From contig CM069133.1 in NCBI GenBank assembly GCA_035221665.1, positions 84,444,001-84,508,000 of the forward strand: a stretch of DNA of 64,000 nt, read 5' to 3'. The position numbers were made by a program, and so were the translations under genes. Each line of letters opens with the position of its first letter. Position 1 is the stretch's first letter. The DNA comes from Okamejei kenojei (taxonomy: Eukaryota). The notes below the pieces were generated by a model, which made no database searches, was not told where the DNA came from, and saw only the letters and a list, made by a program, of their open reading frames with translations. This document shows positions 1 through 13,960 of this stretch, one piece after another.

Positions 1-680
1 CCTTCTCACAATCCAGGCACACAAATAATATTTCCAATGAGGCAGTGATTCACTTGCACTTCTCCCAATCTGGTGCAGAGTATTCAGTGTTCATAAGGTT
101 TCCTCTACAGTGGATAGCAAATGCAGATTGGTGATGGCTGAGCAACCATCTGTCTTCAGTCTGTATTAGATATCCATAAGCATCCAGTTGTCTGTTGCTT
201 TAATTCTCTATGCTTTGACCTATCTGTTTGTGACCTCCTGAACTGTTACAAAGAGACCCAATGCACGTCTGAGGACCAAGACCTCATCATCTTTTAATTG
301 GATATTGCAAACCTCTGGACTCAATGCTGAACTCCCCAACTTTAGGTGACATGCTTTATTTGTCATTTTCAATACTGCACCCAGCCATCCATCTGTGATA
401 TTGATTCAGTTTTTCTTCCTTCATTGTCAGAGCGCGACATTCTGGCCATCCCACACCACCCTGCTGTTTGGAACATGTTACACAGACAAAGATGCATCAT
501 CACCTTCCAATTGTTGCCTTTAATTCAGTTGACTGGACAACTCATCCCCACCTTAATTCCAGCCTCATATATTCCCTTTGTCCTATTTACCCATCCTACC
601 ACTTTTTCTTTGACCTGAAACATTGACTGTTTTTCTTTCCACACATGCTGCCTAACCAGCTTTACAGTATATTCCAATCA
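1..680 (+). mobile_element. Old, degenerate Penelope-like element fragment (GIY-YIG region plus pLTR remnant)
   Basis: Aligns by eye with the better copy at 47520-48250 (ttcacttgcacttctcccaatctg; cctcatcatctttt; acctctggactcaatgctgaactccccaacttt). Ends with a decayed pLTR (ttgacctgaaacatt...atgctgcct). Confidence 0.65.
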
Positions 681-1896
681 TTTCCCGTCTTTACAGCATT
701 ATCAATTGAGCAGGAAAACACAATGGCACAAAACATTTCATTGGTAAAACTCAACATCACTGAAGAAATCAACCAGATATTTGGATAAATGAAATGGTAC
801 AATCAATTCACTAGATGGATTAAATGGCAGAACTACACCATTGAGAAAATTCAATGGCATCAAGCAAATCATTCAGTGTTGACACAGTGACTCAAGATTG
901 GAGACAGGTAAAGATTTTCTTCGTGAAGTTTGAGTTGAAGGCACTGAGGCAGTAAGTGGTGGGCTCAGAAGTGCAGCAACCCTCAGTTGTTTTCTGCCTC
1001 TGTTTTCATCTAACATCATTCTCACTCCCGAAATGTTGAAAAATAATCATTTATTCTTGCTGCCTTGAAAAATGGATCCTCTTGAAGTCAAAGATGGAAG
1101 CATTTTAATCTCCCTTTAATATACCAAATATACCAAACTCACTGAGAGTAAGATTCAACGGTTCAAAGATCTAGTAACCTTCAAATTAGATTATAACAGA
1201 TTGAGGTTGCCATTTGTACAAATGTATTAATTTGATTTGTTTGAAATGGGTTAAAAAGAACAGATTCTCACTAAAAGTTTATTGTGATCACACATTTCTC
1301 CTGTGCATCTTTTTTTTTAAGGATCCCGCATGGCTCCAATTGTTAACCCTGTTAACAGCACGTATCTGTTTAATTGTTTTTAAAGTTAGTGTTTGTCCCA
1401 CATCAATGCCAAGATTTTTGTGGGTCACGTACAATGCGCAACAGTAATATCCTGTTGTTCCTCATACCATAATGTCAGATAACTTCTGGTGCTGGGGATT
1501 GTCTCAGCTGCTCAGTTCAAAATGACATGTCCATTTTGAAAGAAGTATCAGTTCCTCTGGTTTCACAATTTTTCCCAGTAAACAAAATAAAGTGTAAATC
1601 TTCTTGGTGTTTTGAGATATAATTTAAATGACATTATTACAGAAGATGATTTCATTTTAAAGCAGGAAGGTAGAAATGTCTGAACGCCCTCACTCTGCCT
1701 GCCCGCATATTATTATCTGCTGCTCAAAGCCCTCAGGCTTGGGTGGATTCTGTTTGCATGTACAAATACCAGACGTATATCAAAGCTATGAATAACTTAC
1801 GTGTATGCTCTTTTACCACAATCCATTTGTTGTCACTGCGTTTTTAAAAAGGCACAGTGCCTGAATTTACTAACAATGTATTTTAATGACATAGAG

Positions 1897-1998
1897 AGGT
1901 CTGAGGAAGGGTTCCGACCAGAAATGCCACCTATTCCTTTTCTCCAGAGATGCAGCCTGACCCGTTGAGTTACTCCAGCATTTTGTCTCTATCTTTGA
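1897..1998 (+). mobile_element. Penelope-like pLTR fragment with hammerhead-like core
   Basis: CTGAGGAAGGGTTCCGACCAGAAATGCC followed by acctattccttttctccagagatgcagcctgacccgttgagttactccagcattttgtctctat, the unit repeated throughout the window. Confidence 0.8.
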
Positions 1999-2069
1999 AA
2001 CGCACTGTTTGCTGATGATAAAACGCCTGGTTGGAAGAATAAACTGTGTGGAGATTGCAATAATTGTGT

Positions 2070-2640
2070 ATTCACATGCAGGCACTTGGACAAGTAGTTG
2101 GAACTTGGTCAAGAATGTGTGAAAATGTAATGTCCCACATTTTGGCAGGAAGAATGAGAAAACATACTTTTTAAATGATAGGAACTTATCATTTGGAACT
2201 TATCAAATGTTGGTCCTTCAGGAAATGTTAATGCATTCATTTACTGGGGTCTGGGAATTTCTGGCAAGGTCAGAATGCATTACTCATCCCTAACTGCCCT
2301 ATAAGAGGTGGTAGTGAGCTACCTTGTTGAACTGCTTTGATAATACTGCCACAATGTGCTTATGTAACTAAGACTCTGGCATGAAACCCATTAGTGAGCT
2401 GCAACTTGGTAAGTGCCGCTTAGTAACACTTTTAATTACACTTTCCATACCATTGTTGGCGATTGCTGACGATGATCTGGGTATGCTTGTACATGAAACA
2501 CAGCAGGCTAACATGAAGGTACATTAACCAGCTTCATACCATTAATAAAGGAGATTGCAAAACAAGATTAAGAAAATCCTACTGTAGGTGAGTATTGCGA
2601 CTACAACTTTATTGCGACTACAACTGAATACTGGATTCAG
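2070..2640 (+). mobile_element. Very old CR1 RT-region fragments, interrupted by another LINE fragment (~2230-2345)
   Basis: aaatgtaatgtcccacattttggcaggaagaat resembles the CR1 KCEVIHFGRKN block. gatctgggtatgcttgtaca and caactgaatactggattcagt resemble downstream CR1 blocks. Confidence 0.45.
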
Positions 2641-4084
2641 TAACTGAAATGAAATACTAAAGACTTGGATGTATATGACTTTGTAAGTCATCCCACAGTG
2701 CCTTACAACCTTGAAACCTTCCTGAAGTATATTCACAACTGTAATATAGGAAGAAGGAAACATGGCAGTATATTAGCAAAGGTCCAAGCAGTAGAAGGTT
2801 TAACCCTCTCAATTCTGGTCTACCATTCAATAAAATCAATCATAGCTCCTCCTCATTCTCATCTCAAAACCCCAATTCCTTTAATATCCTTCAGTTTTGA
2901 ATAAGACAACTCAACGTGCTAAGTATCACTGCTGTGAATCTTTACAGCCAACCTTTCAGGCTCAGGAAGAAATATCATGCAAAGCTTGAGAATATGCCCA
3001 TAGAGAGAAGTAGAATCGGTGGCAAGGAAATAGACAGGTAGAGCCTGAAGATGACAATTTTGATCTTCCCCATGTTTAACATGGGGAAGATCAAAATTTG
3101 GAAAATACAGCGTTCAGGGCTGGATTGCAAATAATCTGAAAACAGAGAATTATCATCCATAATTCAACTATGTTTCTTAACAAGACTGTTATTCTCAGTT
3201 GTAGCCCTGCCATTTCTACTGCAGAATGGTGCCATTGTTGTAGGAATCAGTTATATACCATCACTATAATCTTCACAAAAATCCAGCTAAATATATTTAC
3301 TGTCTTATTTTTATTCTGAGTGATATTTTGGCAATCTCTCAAACTGATTTTTGGAGCAGCATTGATCCACAAGCAGACATGTTGCAACTAGAATTCAGCT
3401 TGTGGCAAACGGTGCCACTCCCAGACAGGTTACCCAAGGTAAAGCAGGAGTAGTTGAGGTCATTGTGTCCTCGATGCACATGTGGGGATATGAGAAGGAG
3501 AATTAAATCTGGCTCCTTTCCATCCTTAATCACTGAAATGGTTCCACAAGGGAAATATTTGCAGGGTGGAGGTAAAAATTCTCAGAAGTGTGGGTGTATT
3601 TAAAGAACAAAACAACCAAAGTCCCATTGCTAAAGTCGATGTGGTTATAAGTGCTTGGGGAATTCATTTTTTCCCAATTTGTTGCCCATAGTTTGTTTAA
3701 GAGATTAATTTGTGTTTTAACTTGAAAACACAGTTGTTTTGCGAATCTGGCTTAAAGATATTTCAAGTGCAATTTTATTAATTAATGCATGGAAAATAGA
3801 GCATGGCTTCAAATAAACCAAACTAAATTTGAAAGAAATAATTTCAATCATGTTACTGTTAAAGAACTAAGTTTATTGTTGTGCTTTCCTCTATGCTGTC
3901 ATGTGGACATCTAATTCTGGGTGAGTGACAATATCCCACAATTGGATATAGGAACATCAAAGCTGGAAGCTTTGGCCCCTGGCTGCCACTGCTTTTTCAG
4001 TCTCAATGCAATCCATGCCCAACAGGGCAGAAGTAGGTTTCCAACGGCCTCTCCGCCGTCATTAACATTACCAGGTTGGTTTTG

Positions 4085-4595
4085 GAATAGTTCTGCCCAA
4101 GACCCCGAGAAATTGCCAAGTTATAGACATAGTCCAGTCCAGCACACATACCAAACTCCCTGCCATTGACTCCATTTACACCACGTTCTCTCAGAAAAGT
4201 AGCCAACATAATCAAAGGCTTATCCCACCTTAGCCATTCCTTCTCTCCCCGTTTTTATCGGGCAAATGTTACAGAAGCTTGAAAGCACGCATTCCCGGAC
4301 TCTGCTTCTTCTGGGAGCTCTTCTCCTCTGTTAACATGCTTTTAAATGGCCCTTCCATAAGCTAAGTAACTGTCTGATTCAACACTATCCCTTCGCAGAC
4401 TTGGACTTTCTCTATGGAACTGATGCGCTACAATACTGGGAACTATATTCTACATTCTCCTTTGCTCTGCCTTGTGTACTTTAGTTGGATTTGATTGCAT
4501 TAATGTATATTGTTATCAATCTGATGGATAGTATGGAATACAAAGCTTTTCACTGTACCTCAGTAAACGTGACAATAATATACCTAAACCTAAGA
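4085..4595 (+). mobile_element. Rex1/Babar-like LINE 3' fragment
   Basis: gccaacataatcaaaggcttatcccacc (IIKD.SHP-like), then a 3' UTR ending aaagcttttcactgtacctcagtaaacgtgacaataa plus an (acctaa) tail. Confidence 0.65.
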
Positions 4596-4920
4596 CTACT
4601 CCACCTCAATCATATTATCAATCCTTGTTCCCTCCTCAGCCCACACACTCAAGCATTGGCCTATGCTTCTCATTTTCAAATTTGGCTAGTCTGGTGCATA
4701 TTCTAATACACAGTTGCTTGCATCTACCTCACATCATTCTTCCATTAAACCCAGAAATTTCTGAACTACATTCTATCCCAGTCACCCAACACAACACCGT
4801 AACAATTCAACTTCCTTTCTCTTTTCCTTATGTTAAACTCCCTCAATCATCCCACCTCTCTAAAACTTTAGCTTTGCAGCCTCCTAAAACTATCTCTATT
4901 TCTCCTCCCCTGTTTCTGGT
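4596..4920 (+). mobile_element. Ancient L2-like LINE 3' fragment
   Basis: C/T-rich, heavily decayed similarity to the L2 ORF2 C-terminus (atattctaatacacagttgcttgcatctacc). Recognised by eye only. Confidence 0.35.
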
Positions 4921-5127
4921 GCATCACCCAATATACTTCTTCAGTGGGGGAAGAAACACTTCTCTTTCTCAGTTCAGCTATTGTCAAGTGGACAGAGATA
5001 GTTTTCTCTCAGATTAACATTTTCTTTCAATCCAATCTGTAGACTTCCTCTTTGCATTGAGAACTTTGCATTTTAATTTATATTGAGTGTAGTTATAACC
5101 ACTATCAGTTTAAGAACCTGGTTGGCA

Positions 5128-5962
5128 AAATTTGCAGCAGGATCTTGATCAGTTGGGCAGGTGGGCTGAGGAATGGTTGATGGAGTTTAATACAGAGAAG
5201 TGTGAGGTGCTGCATTTTGGGAAGTCTTATCAGGGCAGGCCCTATACTGTGAATGGTAGGGCTCTGGGGAAAGTTGTAGAGCAGAGGGTTCTAGGAGTGC
5301 AGGTACGTAGTTCCTTGAAAGTGGCATTATGGGTGGAGAGAGTTGTCAAGATGGCTTTCAGCACATTGGCCTTCATCAGAGTATTGTCTAGAAGTTAGGA
5401 GGTCATGTTACAGTTATACAAGACATTGGTGAGGCCACATTTAGGGTATTGTATTCAGTTTTGGTCACCCTGTAATAGGAAAGATTTTGTTAAGCTGGAA
5501 AGGGTGCAGAGAAGATTTATGAGGATGTTGCCAGGACTCAAGGGCCTGAGCAACAGGGAGAAGTTGAGCAGGACTTAATTCCTTGGAGCGCAGGAAGATG
5601 AGGGATGATCTCATAGAGGTGTAATATGAGATGAATAGATAGGGTAAATGCACAGATACTTTTACCCAGAGTAGGGGTAAAACCAGAGGACAGGATTAAG
5701 GTGAGGGGGGGAAAGATTTAACAGGAACCTGAGGGGAAACCTTTTTTAACACAAAGGGTGATAGGTATATGGCACAATGTTACAGAGCAGGCAGTTGATG
5801 CAGATACAATCACAATGTTTAAAAACAATTTGGACAGGTACATTGATAGGATAGATATAGAACGATATGGGCCAATAGCAAGTTGGTGGGCCTAGTGTAG
5901 ATGGGGTTTGTTGGCGTGGCCAGGTTGGGGAGAATGGCCTGTTTCCATGCTCTATGACTCTA
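5128..5962 (+). mobile_element. CR1 LINE, 5'-truncated
   Basis: ORF 5132-5398 (QQDLDQLGRWAEEWLMEFNTEKCEVLHFGK) is CR1 ORF2. Ends ggcctgtttccatgctctatgactcta. Confidence 0.93.
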
Positions 5963-7629
5963 ACTTCATGAGGATTTGTTTTTAAACATTCTGCTTTTTC
6001 TCTGCCCTCTCCTGTGTCATTCTTCCTTTGAAAAGTAACCACACTCTCAGCCACAAAGTAATGCAAGTCATCCCTCTTGCTACATTGAAACCTCAGTCGG
6101 AATGAACAGTCAGACAGTCAAGATGTCTTTTCAACGTGTATTGCAGTCATGTGAGAAATGATCACCTGCTACTCTGAGGGCAAGGTTTTCATGGCAAAGC
6201 TTCGGTCCCTATGCACCTGGTCAATATGGCTATAGGATTATAGTTCTGTAATCATAAATTAAAAGCTTGAGTAAGCCAGTGTAGTCTTGTAAAATGCCAC
6301 CTCTTCAAGAAACAACCCTTTTAAATAGCAATTTTAATTCTATAATACTTCTGCATATTGATTTTAAGTTTGGAGAGCAAGGAAAAAGTTCAAGACCTTC
6401 AATGCAGGAATCACTGGTGTTTACACAGGTTTGACAGATTCAGTGCCAGGCATGGGTTTCAAATTCTTGGCGAATGAAGGAGACAGAAGCAACAAAACGG
6501 ATGTAAGGAATTCCACAATAGCAGTGCAAGAAGAAATGTTTAGCATGAATAAAAAAAAATAATTGTCTTCTTCTTCAGTTCATTGCTCTGATATGCTCCA
6601 CCCTTTCAGGAGAGTTGTGTAAATACAAGTCATTATTAGAGTCATATGGCATGGAAACAGACCACTCGGCCCATCATGTCCATGCTGACCAGGACACATA
6701 TTTTATTAATCGCATCTTCCAGCTCTTGGCTCACAACCCTGAATTCCTAGATAATTCAAGTGGTAAAACATGTTGTTGCTGAGATAGTTTGCATTTCAGA
6801 GTCTTTTTGTAATTACTTTTCTTATCCCTGTTCTGTTATTAATCTTTTATCATTCAGAATATCTGCATCATTGCACACAAGATCAAAACATTCCAACTTA
6901 ATGAACTGATCCTTTACTAACTCTGCCATATATAAATACTGAAGAAAATGAGGATAGATTGCAATACCATGGCACTTTGAATGTTGGGACGTCATCAAGT
7001 GCAATTCAGTTAAAATGCCAAGATACAAAATTCTGGTTGTACTAATGGCTCCAGAGTGGAAGCTCTTGTGAAATAATGAAGAGCACACATTGAAAACATG
7101 AGCACGTGCAGCAGAGCTGGATCACTGCCTGATCCAGAGGGACAAGCCTTTGACTAACAAGTTCCATCAACATCAATGCTAGCAGAACTGGTAAAGAAGG
7201 AAGTGAGCGCTTTTCACAGAAAGAACCAAGCTTTACTCCTTGTTGTTGCAATTTAAGATTAGGGAACTCCCATTGGCCTGCCGCCATGTTGAAAGCAATC
7301 ATTTACCAATAGGACTGCTTTCAGGCATGTACCATGCCACTATTGATGGGGACAATTTTTTGCACTGAATTTATCCCTTTCAAACTCCACTTTGGAGTGC
7401 TTGGGTATTGTAAAAAAAAAATAATTTCAAGATTATGCTTCCTTATTCTGGACCTAGATTCCTTCCCATTCCACCACCGGCAGAATAAATAATTTCTCTT
7501 TACCTTCTCTGTCAAATCTGTTAATAGTTTCAAATACCATTTTCATTTTATGCCATCATACCTTCTTTAAAGGAAATATATGCCTATTTTTGCTGCATTT
7601 CATCCCCCTGTCCAGCTGTTAGTTCAGGT

Positions 7630-7933
7630 TTTTTTAGTTTAGTTTAGAGATACAACGCAGAATCAGGTCATTCGGCCCACGGTGTCTGCGCCGACCTGTG
7701 ATCCCCACACAATAACACTATCCTACACACAGAAGGGACTATTTACAAATTTACTAAACCAATTAGCCAACAAACCTGTGGGTCTTTAGAGTGTGGGAGG
7801 AAACCGGAGCTCCTGGAGAAAACCCACGCAGGTCACAGGGAGAATGTACAAACTCCGTACAGACAAGCACCCGTAGTCAGTTTCAAACGTGACGCTGTAA
7901 GGCAGCAACTCTACCACTGCGCCACCGTGCCAC
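7630..7933 (-). mobile_element. HE1-type tRNA-derived V-SINE
   Basis: Minus strand starts ggcacggtggcgcagtggtagagttgctgccttacagc (A box), then the V-domain gtttgtacattctccctgtgacc, a CR1-like 3' end and a (ctaaa)n tail. Confidence 0.9.
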
Positions 7934-10900
7934 CCAATGTGATGACTTATGGTAAACTATTCAGTGCTGCCAAACATTGGAGCCAAAGTGAAACCTATCC
8001 TCGTCTGATTTCCTGGCGCAGCCATTTCTGGGAATGAGTTCAGGATGCTAGGCTGGAGGTTGATGAAGATCATTCAGCAGTTAGATCTCCTTCTCAATGA
8101 CTGGCAGAAATAAGGCTGAATGCAAGGGTGCAATCAACTACCCCGCGTGGACTGGGAGTCACCCCTGCAGTCAACCACGTGTAGCTGATCACCACCCGGT
8201 CACGCTGAGCCACGGGGGATAAACATGAATATCTGCCCATTCAGCCTGTAAGGACTATTAAAGAGTGCATGTTTCAAAATATTTGGTTCCCCATTCAAAA
8301 CAGTTAAGAGACAATTTATTTTTCTCTCAAGGGCCATGGAATATTGCCATGTATGGACAGGAACGCCTAGTTAAGGTGACAGTCAGATCAGCAACATAAT
8401 AGCAAAGCAGGGTCTACTTCTACTGTGAAATTTTATGCCCATGTGGTGACTTTTTTTTATAATTGGGATTTTCAAGGGTTTTCAGTTCCTTATGAAGCTT
8501 TGAAGCTGCGTCTCTTTGTTTTGGATTTGGCCCGTCAATCTCTAATGCCACTGAGGCCGTGGGACATTGTGCTCTGGTGAAGCACCAGCATTCCTTGCAG
8601 CAACTGAGGCCGTTTCTTGGCAGCTTCACCGCGCACCTGGCTCCTTGCGGCCCATAGCTGCCACAGGCCCACGCCTCTGGTGCACCTCAGGTCAAAGGTG
8701 TTTCTAGTGACCAGAGAATATTCCAGACTTGTTTTTGTCCAGATATACAATCCAGCTAGAATGGAAAGTAAATCCTGTGAGGCCCTGCTATGGTGAGGAG
8801 CCGCAAGTGAGCTGAGTTCCTTTCAGAATAAAGCAGCAACTCTCTAGTGCTAGTTCCTCTCTCTTGAAATGTGAGGGTTTATCCAGCTATTTTCTCCTTT
8901 GTTTATGATACTGGATTAAAAAATGTAGTAAAAAAATACAATAAAATCCCATATCTCGATGGAACACTAAGGACCACTTCTTGCACTAATTGTGTATTTT
9001 TGCACCAATGACTTGTGTTTTTGCACATCTTTTTCTTTCTCACCATCTTGTAGGGTTTTGTGTAATTTACATATAATTAATGTTTTTGTGTGTTTGTCTC
9101 AGTCTCTGTGCCCGTGTTGCTGCCGCAAGCAAAGTTTTCACTACGCTTGTATTTCACTTTCTTCTGCTCTAGACTTGGTGCACTAGGTCTGACCCAGGAG
9201 CACTTGAATACTGGCAAAGGATGCAAAACATCTGCAGCTCTGCCACTGCTCCCATTGACTGGACCAGAGTCTGCAGAAGTTGCAAATCTTTCAAACTTTG
9301 GACTGCAACTAATGTAAGCATCAATCTTCCTTCACTAAAACTTCCAAGTAAGATAGTTGATCAACTGTTTTTGTTTAAATCTCATGTTCTCTATTGCTAA
9401 TTCACTGGTGGGGAGGCTTGATGAAGTTGCACTGCCTGGCACTGAGACTTTCACTGAGTGAGCAGGCCATGAATTCTGGCTGAACTTATCTGAAGTATGG
9501 CAACAGAAGCAGGCCTTGTGGGCCAAGTTTTGTTTATAGTCCATGACCTACCTCCCACTCAAACTACTTACTTTCTCCCACCCCTGTTTTCCAGAACTCT
9601 CTGAACTTCTTAATTTTAAAAACTCCTACACATTTCTCACAACAAAATCAACAATGGCGTTTTGACAGTAAACGCCACATTCCCTGAAGTCATTCATCAT
9701 CAGTTGCTGGCCATTTCGTGCTTCCATGGAACTCACCAACTGCTGGAAACTCTCCAACTTGCATGAGAGGCACACAACTCTCCACTGAGCTGCTGACAAA
9801 CATGGCGTGTGGGGAGCGCACCAATTCCAGTGTTTCACCAAATCACATTGTCATCCACTACCGCAGCTTTGAATATCCCTCTTAATTACTGAACTTGGAA
9901 TGAAACTAATCAATACTTAGCAAGAAATAGTTGAGGGAGCTACCTTCATCAACCAAGAGTGACCAAACAAGGAGTAGGTTGTGGAATTCAGATTACATGG
10001 AAGATATTTCAGCTGCAGTAAGTACGAATCATACAATGGATATTAATTGAGTAAAATTGTCGATAGTTCATTTCCATTAATTTTCTGGCAGATGTGGGAC
10101 AGCAGAGCAAACTTGAACTTCTCCCACTCAAATATAATTGTATTTTAGCAGTGATGCCAGGCAGACTTTCAGGACTTTGCAAAGTTTGGTTTTAAATTTT
10201 TTTAATGCGACTGCGTTCAATCAACTGATGTCCACATTGTTGGGATGGAAAGCAAGACTTTGCTTTTGCTTCAACAGTGATCCCTCCTCTCTCTCCTCCA
10301 AACTCAAGAATGTTTGAATCTGCAAAGACGCTACAGCTCTCCTGGGGCGAATCGTGTGCTAGAATGTGGCATTGCATGATACTTGAAAAGGAAGTTAGCA
10401 AAATGAAGTGTTTTTTCAAGACCTTCTTAAGAATAATTTTGGTTGCTCCATTAGAAGTGCATGCAGTGGTCGAACAGATAGGAGGTGAAATGAAGTTCAT
10501 TGTTTGATACCATCTTCAACTGGACGCCAGGTTGTAAACCTCTGTCTCTGCCCCTAAATTGTGCATTTAGTGTTGTGTATCATCCCGCAAGTGAACTTCA
10601 GAATGAATGTCAACATGGCCTACAAAACTGTTGTTATCATTTTGATAAAAAACAAAGTGTGCTGTTTGGCCACCTTCATATCTGTGGGGTGTTCTTTCAT
10701 TGGTTCATTCTCCACTCTTGGCAGACTGTAGATGTCAACATTTTAGATATATCTCAAAATAAGAGAAATATAAGAAACCTTTAGCAATACCCTTTATGTT
10801 TACAATGGCAGTAAAAACTGGCTTTGCACGACATGGCTGGGGATGTAGGTTCAGACTTCAGACAACCATGATCAATGAACAATTCCAATATTTTGTTCTA

Positions 10901-10954
10901 AAATGGTTGCATATCCAAACTTTGCTTGAATTGGTCCAACCTTTGGGTCTCTTT

Positions 10955-13900
10955 TGAATGCAATCAGTGAATCGGCCTCCACTGCCTTCGGAGGCAGAGA
11001 ATTCCATGAATTCACAACTCTCTAGGTGAAAACGTTTTTCCTCATGGCCGACCCCTTATTCTTAAACTGTAGCCCCTGGTTCTGGACTACCCCAACATTG
11101 GGAACATGTTTCCTGGATCTTAATAATAATCCCTTCATAATTTTTCTATAAGATATCCTCTCATCCTTCTCAATTCCCATGAATACAAGCCCAGTCACTC
11201 CATTCTTTCATCATATGACAGTCCCACCATCCTGGGAATTAACCTCGTGAACCTACGCTGCATTTACTTAATAGCAAAAAAGTCCTTCCTCAAATTTGGA
11301 GACCAAAACTGCACACAATATTCCAGGTGTGGTCTGACCAGGGCCCTGTACAATTGCAGAAGGACCTCTTTGCTCCTATACTCAACTCCTCTTGTTATGA
11401 AGGCCAACATGCCATTAGCTTTCTTCACTGCCTGCTGATCCTGCATACTTACTTTCAGTGACTGATATACAAGGACACCCAGATCTCATTTTACTTCCCC
11501 TTTTCCTAACCTGACACCATTCAGATAATAATCTGCCTTCCTGTTCTTGCCACCAAAGTGGATAACCTCACATTTGTCGACATTATACTGCATCTACCAT
11601 GCACTGCCCACTCACCCAACCTGTCCAAGTCACCCTGCAGCCTCATAGCATCCTCTTCATAGTTCACACTGCCACCCAGCTTTGTGTCATCTGCAAATTT
11701 CAATCCCCTCGTCCAAATCATTAATGTACAACGCAAAGAGTAGCGGCCCCAGCACCTACACTTGCAGAACACTAGTCACTGGCAACCAACCAGAAACAGC
11801 TCCTTTCATTGTCACTCTGTCTTCTGCCATCCAGCCAACCTGCTATCCATGCTAGTATCTACCCTTTGATACTGTGGGCTCTTATCTTCCTAAGCAGCCT
11901 AATGTGTGGCACATTATCAAAGGCTTTCTGAAAATCTAAGTAAACAACATCCAATGACTCTCCTTTGTCTGTCCTGCTATTTACTTCTTTAAAGAATTCC
12001 AACAAATTTGTCAAGCAAGACCTCCCCTTCACAAACTCATGCTGACTTTGATCTATTTTATCGTGAACTAAGTTCTCCGTAAACTCATCCTTTATAATGG
12101 ACTCTAAAATCTTACCAACCACCGAAGTCAGACTAACTGGCCTATAGTTCCCTCTGTGTAAGAAGGAACTGCAGATGCTGGTTTAAACCGATGATAGACA
12201 CAAAATGCTGGAGTAACTCAGCGGAACATTTTTTATTCCCCATTATCACTTCTCCTGCGTCAATTTCCAGCGGCCCAACTTCCACTCTTGCCTCTTTCTT
12301 ACTCTTTATATATCTGAAAAAACTCTTGCTATCCTCTTTTATATTATTAGCTAGCCTACCTTTGTTTTTCTTCTCGTATTTTGCCTTTTTAGTTACCCTT
12401 TGTTGTTCCTTAAAAGCTTCCCAATCCTCTGGCTTCCCACTTTGCTATGTTATACGCCTTCTCTTTTAGTTTTAGACTGTCCTTGACTTCCCTAATCAGC
12501 CACGGTTGTCTCTTCCTCACCCTAGAATCTTTCTTCCTCTGGATGAAAAGATCCTGCATCTTCCGGATTATTCCCAGAAATTCCTGCCATTGCTATTCCG
12601 TCATCCCTGCTAGGGTCCCTTTCCAGTCAATTTTAGCCATGCCTCTGTAGTCCCCTTTGCCCAGCTGCAATAGTGACACATCCAATATCACCTTCTCCCT
12701 CACAAATTGCAGATTAAAACTTATCATTTCGTATTCGCTACCTCCTAATGGTTCCTTTAACTTGAGTTCCCTTATCAAATCCAGTTAATTACATAGCACT
12801 AAATCCAAAATTGCCTTTTCCGTGGTCGGCTCCACCACAAGCTGCTCTAAGAAGCCATCTCGGAGGCACTCTACAAATTCCCTTTCACGGGGTCCAGTAC
12901 CAACCTGAATTTCCCAGTCTACCTGCATGTTGAAATCTCCCATAACCACCGTAGCATTGCCTTTTTTACATGCCAATTTTATCTCGATATAACTTGTACC
13001 CTATATCTTGGCTACTCTTTGAGAGCCTGTAAATAACTCCCATTAGGGTCTTTTTACCCTTATAATTTATCAGCTCCATCCACAATGACTCAACATCTTC
13101 TGGCCTGATGTCACCCCTCACTAAGGACTGAATTTCATTCCTAACCAACAGAGCTACCTCATCCCCTCTGTCCACCTTCCTGTCATTCCGATATGACGTA
13201 TAACCATGAATATTCAGCTCCCAGCTCCAATCCACTTGTGGCCACGTCTCTGTAATTCTCACAACATCATACCTACCAATCACTAACTGTGCTGCAAGCT
13301 CATCTACTTTGTTCCTTATACAACGCACATTCAAACACAACACCTTTAATTCGGTATTCACCTCCCTTCTCACTCTGGTCCCGATTTTACTCGACCTTAC
13401 TCTCCTACCCATTGAGCGTTCCGACCCATTATTTCTGGAGACTTCTGTAACATTTCCTGCACTCTCTTTCCCTGTAACTATACCATTACACTTCCAATTT
13501 GCTGACCACCCCCCCCCCCCCCCCCACTATTTAGTTTAAAGATCAGTCTACAGCCCTAGTTATATGGTTTGCCAGGAGTCTGGTTCCAGTTGGGTTCAAG
13601 TGGAGTCTGTCGCTTCGGAACAGTTCCCTCCTTCCCCAATACTGGTGCCAATGTCCCACAAATACAAACCCACTTCTTCCACGCCAATGTTTGAGCCACG
13701 CGTTCAACTCTCTAATCCTCTTAAGCCTATGCCAAATTGCATGTGGGTCAGGTAGCAATCCAGAGAATATTATATTCCTGGTTCTGCTTTCAAATTTGTT
13801 ATCTAGCTGCTCAAATTCCTTTAGCAGAACCTCTTGTCTCGTTCTACCTACGTCATTGGTACCCACATGGACCATGACGATTGGATCTTTTCCCACCCAC

Positions 13901-13960
13901 TCCAAGATCCTCTGCAGATGAGAGGAGATATCCTGAACCCAGGCACCAGGCACGCAGCAG
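10955..13960 (-). mobile_element. CR1 LINE, near full length with internal deletions and frameshifts (ORF1 esterase, APE endonuclease, RT)
   Basis: 13543-13953 SGNH esterase (VMVHVGTND...DRLHLN). 12966-13412 endonuclease (LCLNVRCIRNK, ITETW). 12785-12976 MGDFN/ILDLV. 11859-12122 YLDFQKAFD. 11521-11772 FADDTKLGG. Confidence 0.95.
12156..12226 (-). mobile_element. Penelope-like pLTR 3' piece nested in CR1 at a deletion breakpoint
   Basis: gtgtaagaaggaactgcagatgctggtttaaaccgatgatagacacaaaatgctggagtaactcagcgg is the reverse complement of the pLTR end. Confidence 0.85.

Noticed and set aside
7860-7933. tRNA gene
   Set aside because: tRNA-derived head of a SINE, continuous with the V-domain and LINE tail.
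6900-10900. Coding-looking stretches at ~6900-7330, 8535-8750 and 9626-10784
   Set aside because: No sustained frame, splice pair or recognisable domain. Possibly ancient TE debris; a profile search would be needed.
13543-13953. Stand-alone GDSL/SGNH esterase gene
   Set aside because: It is the known ORF1 esterase of CR1, directly upstream of ORF2.
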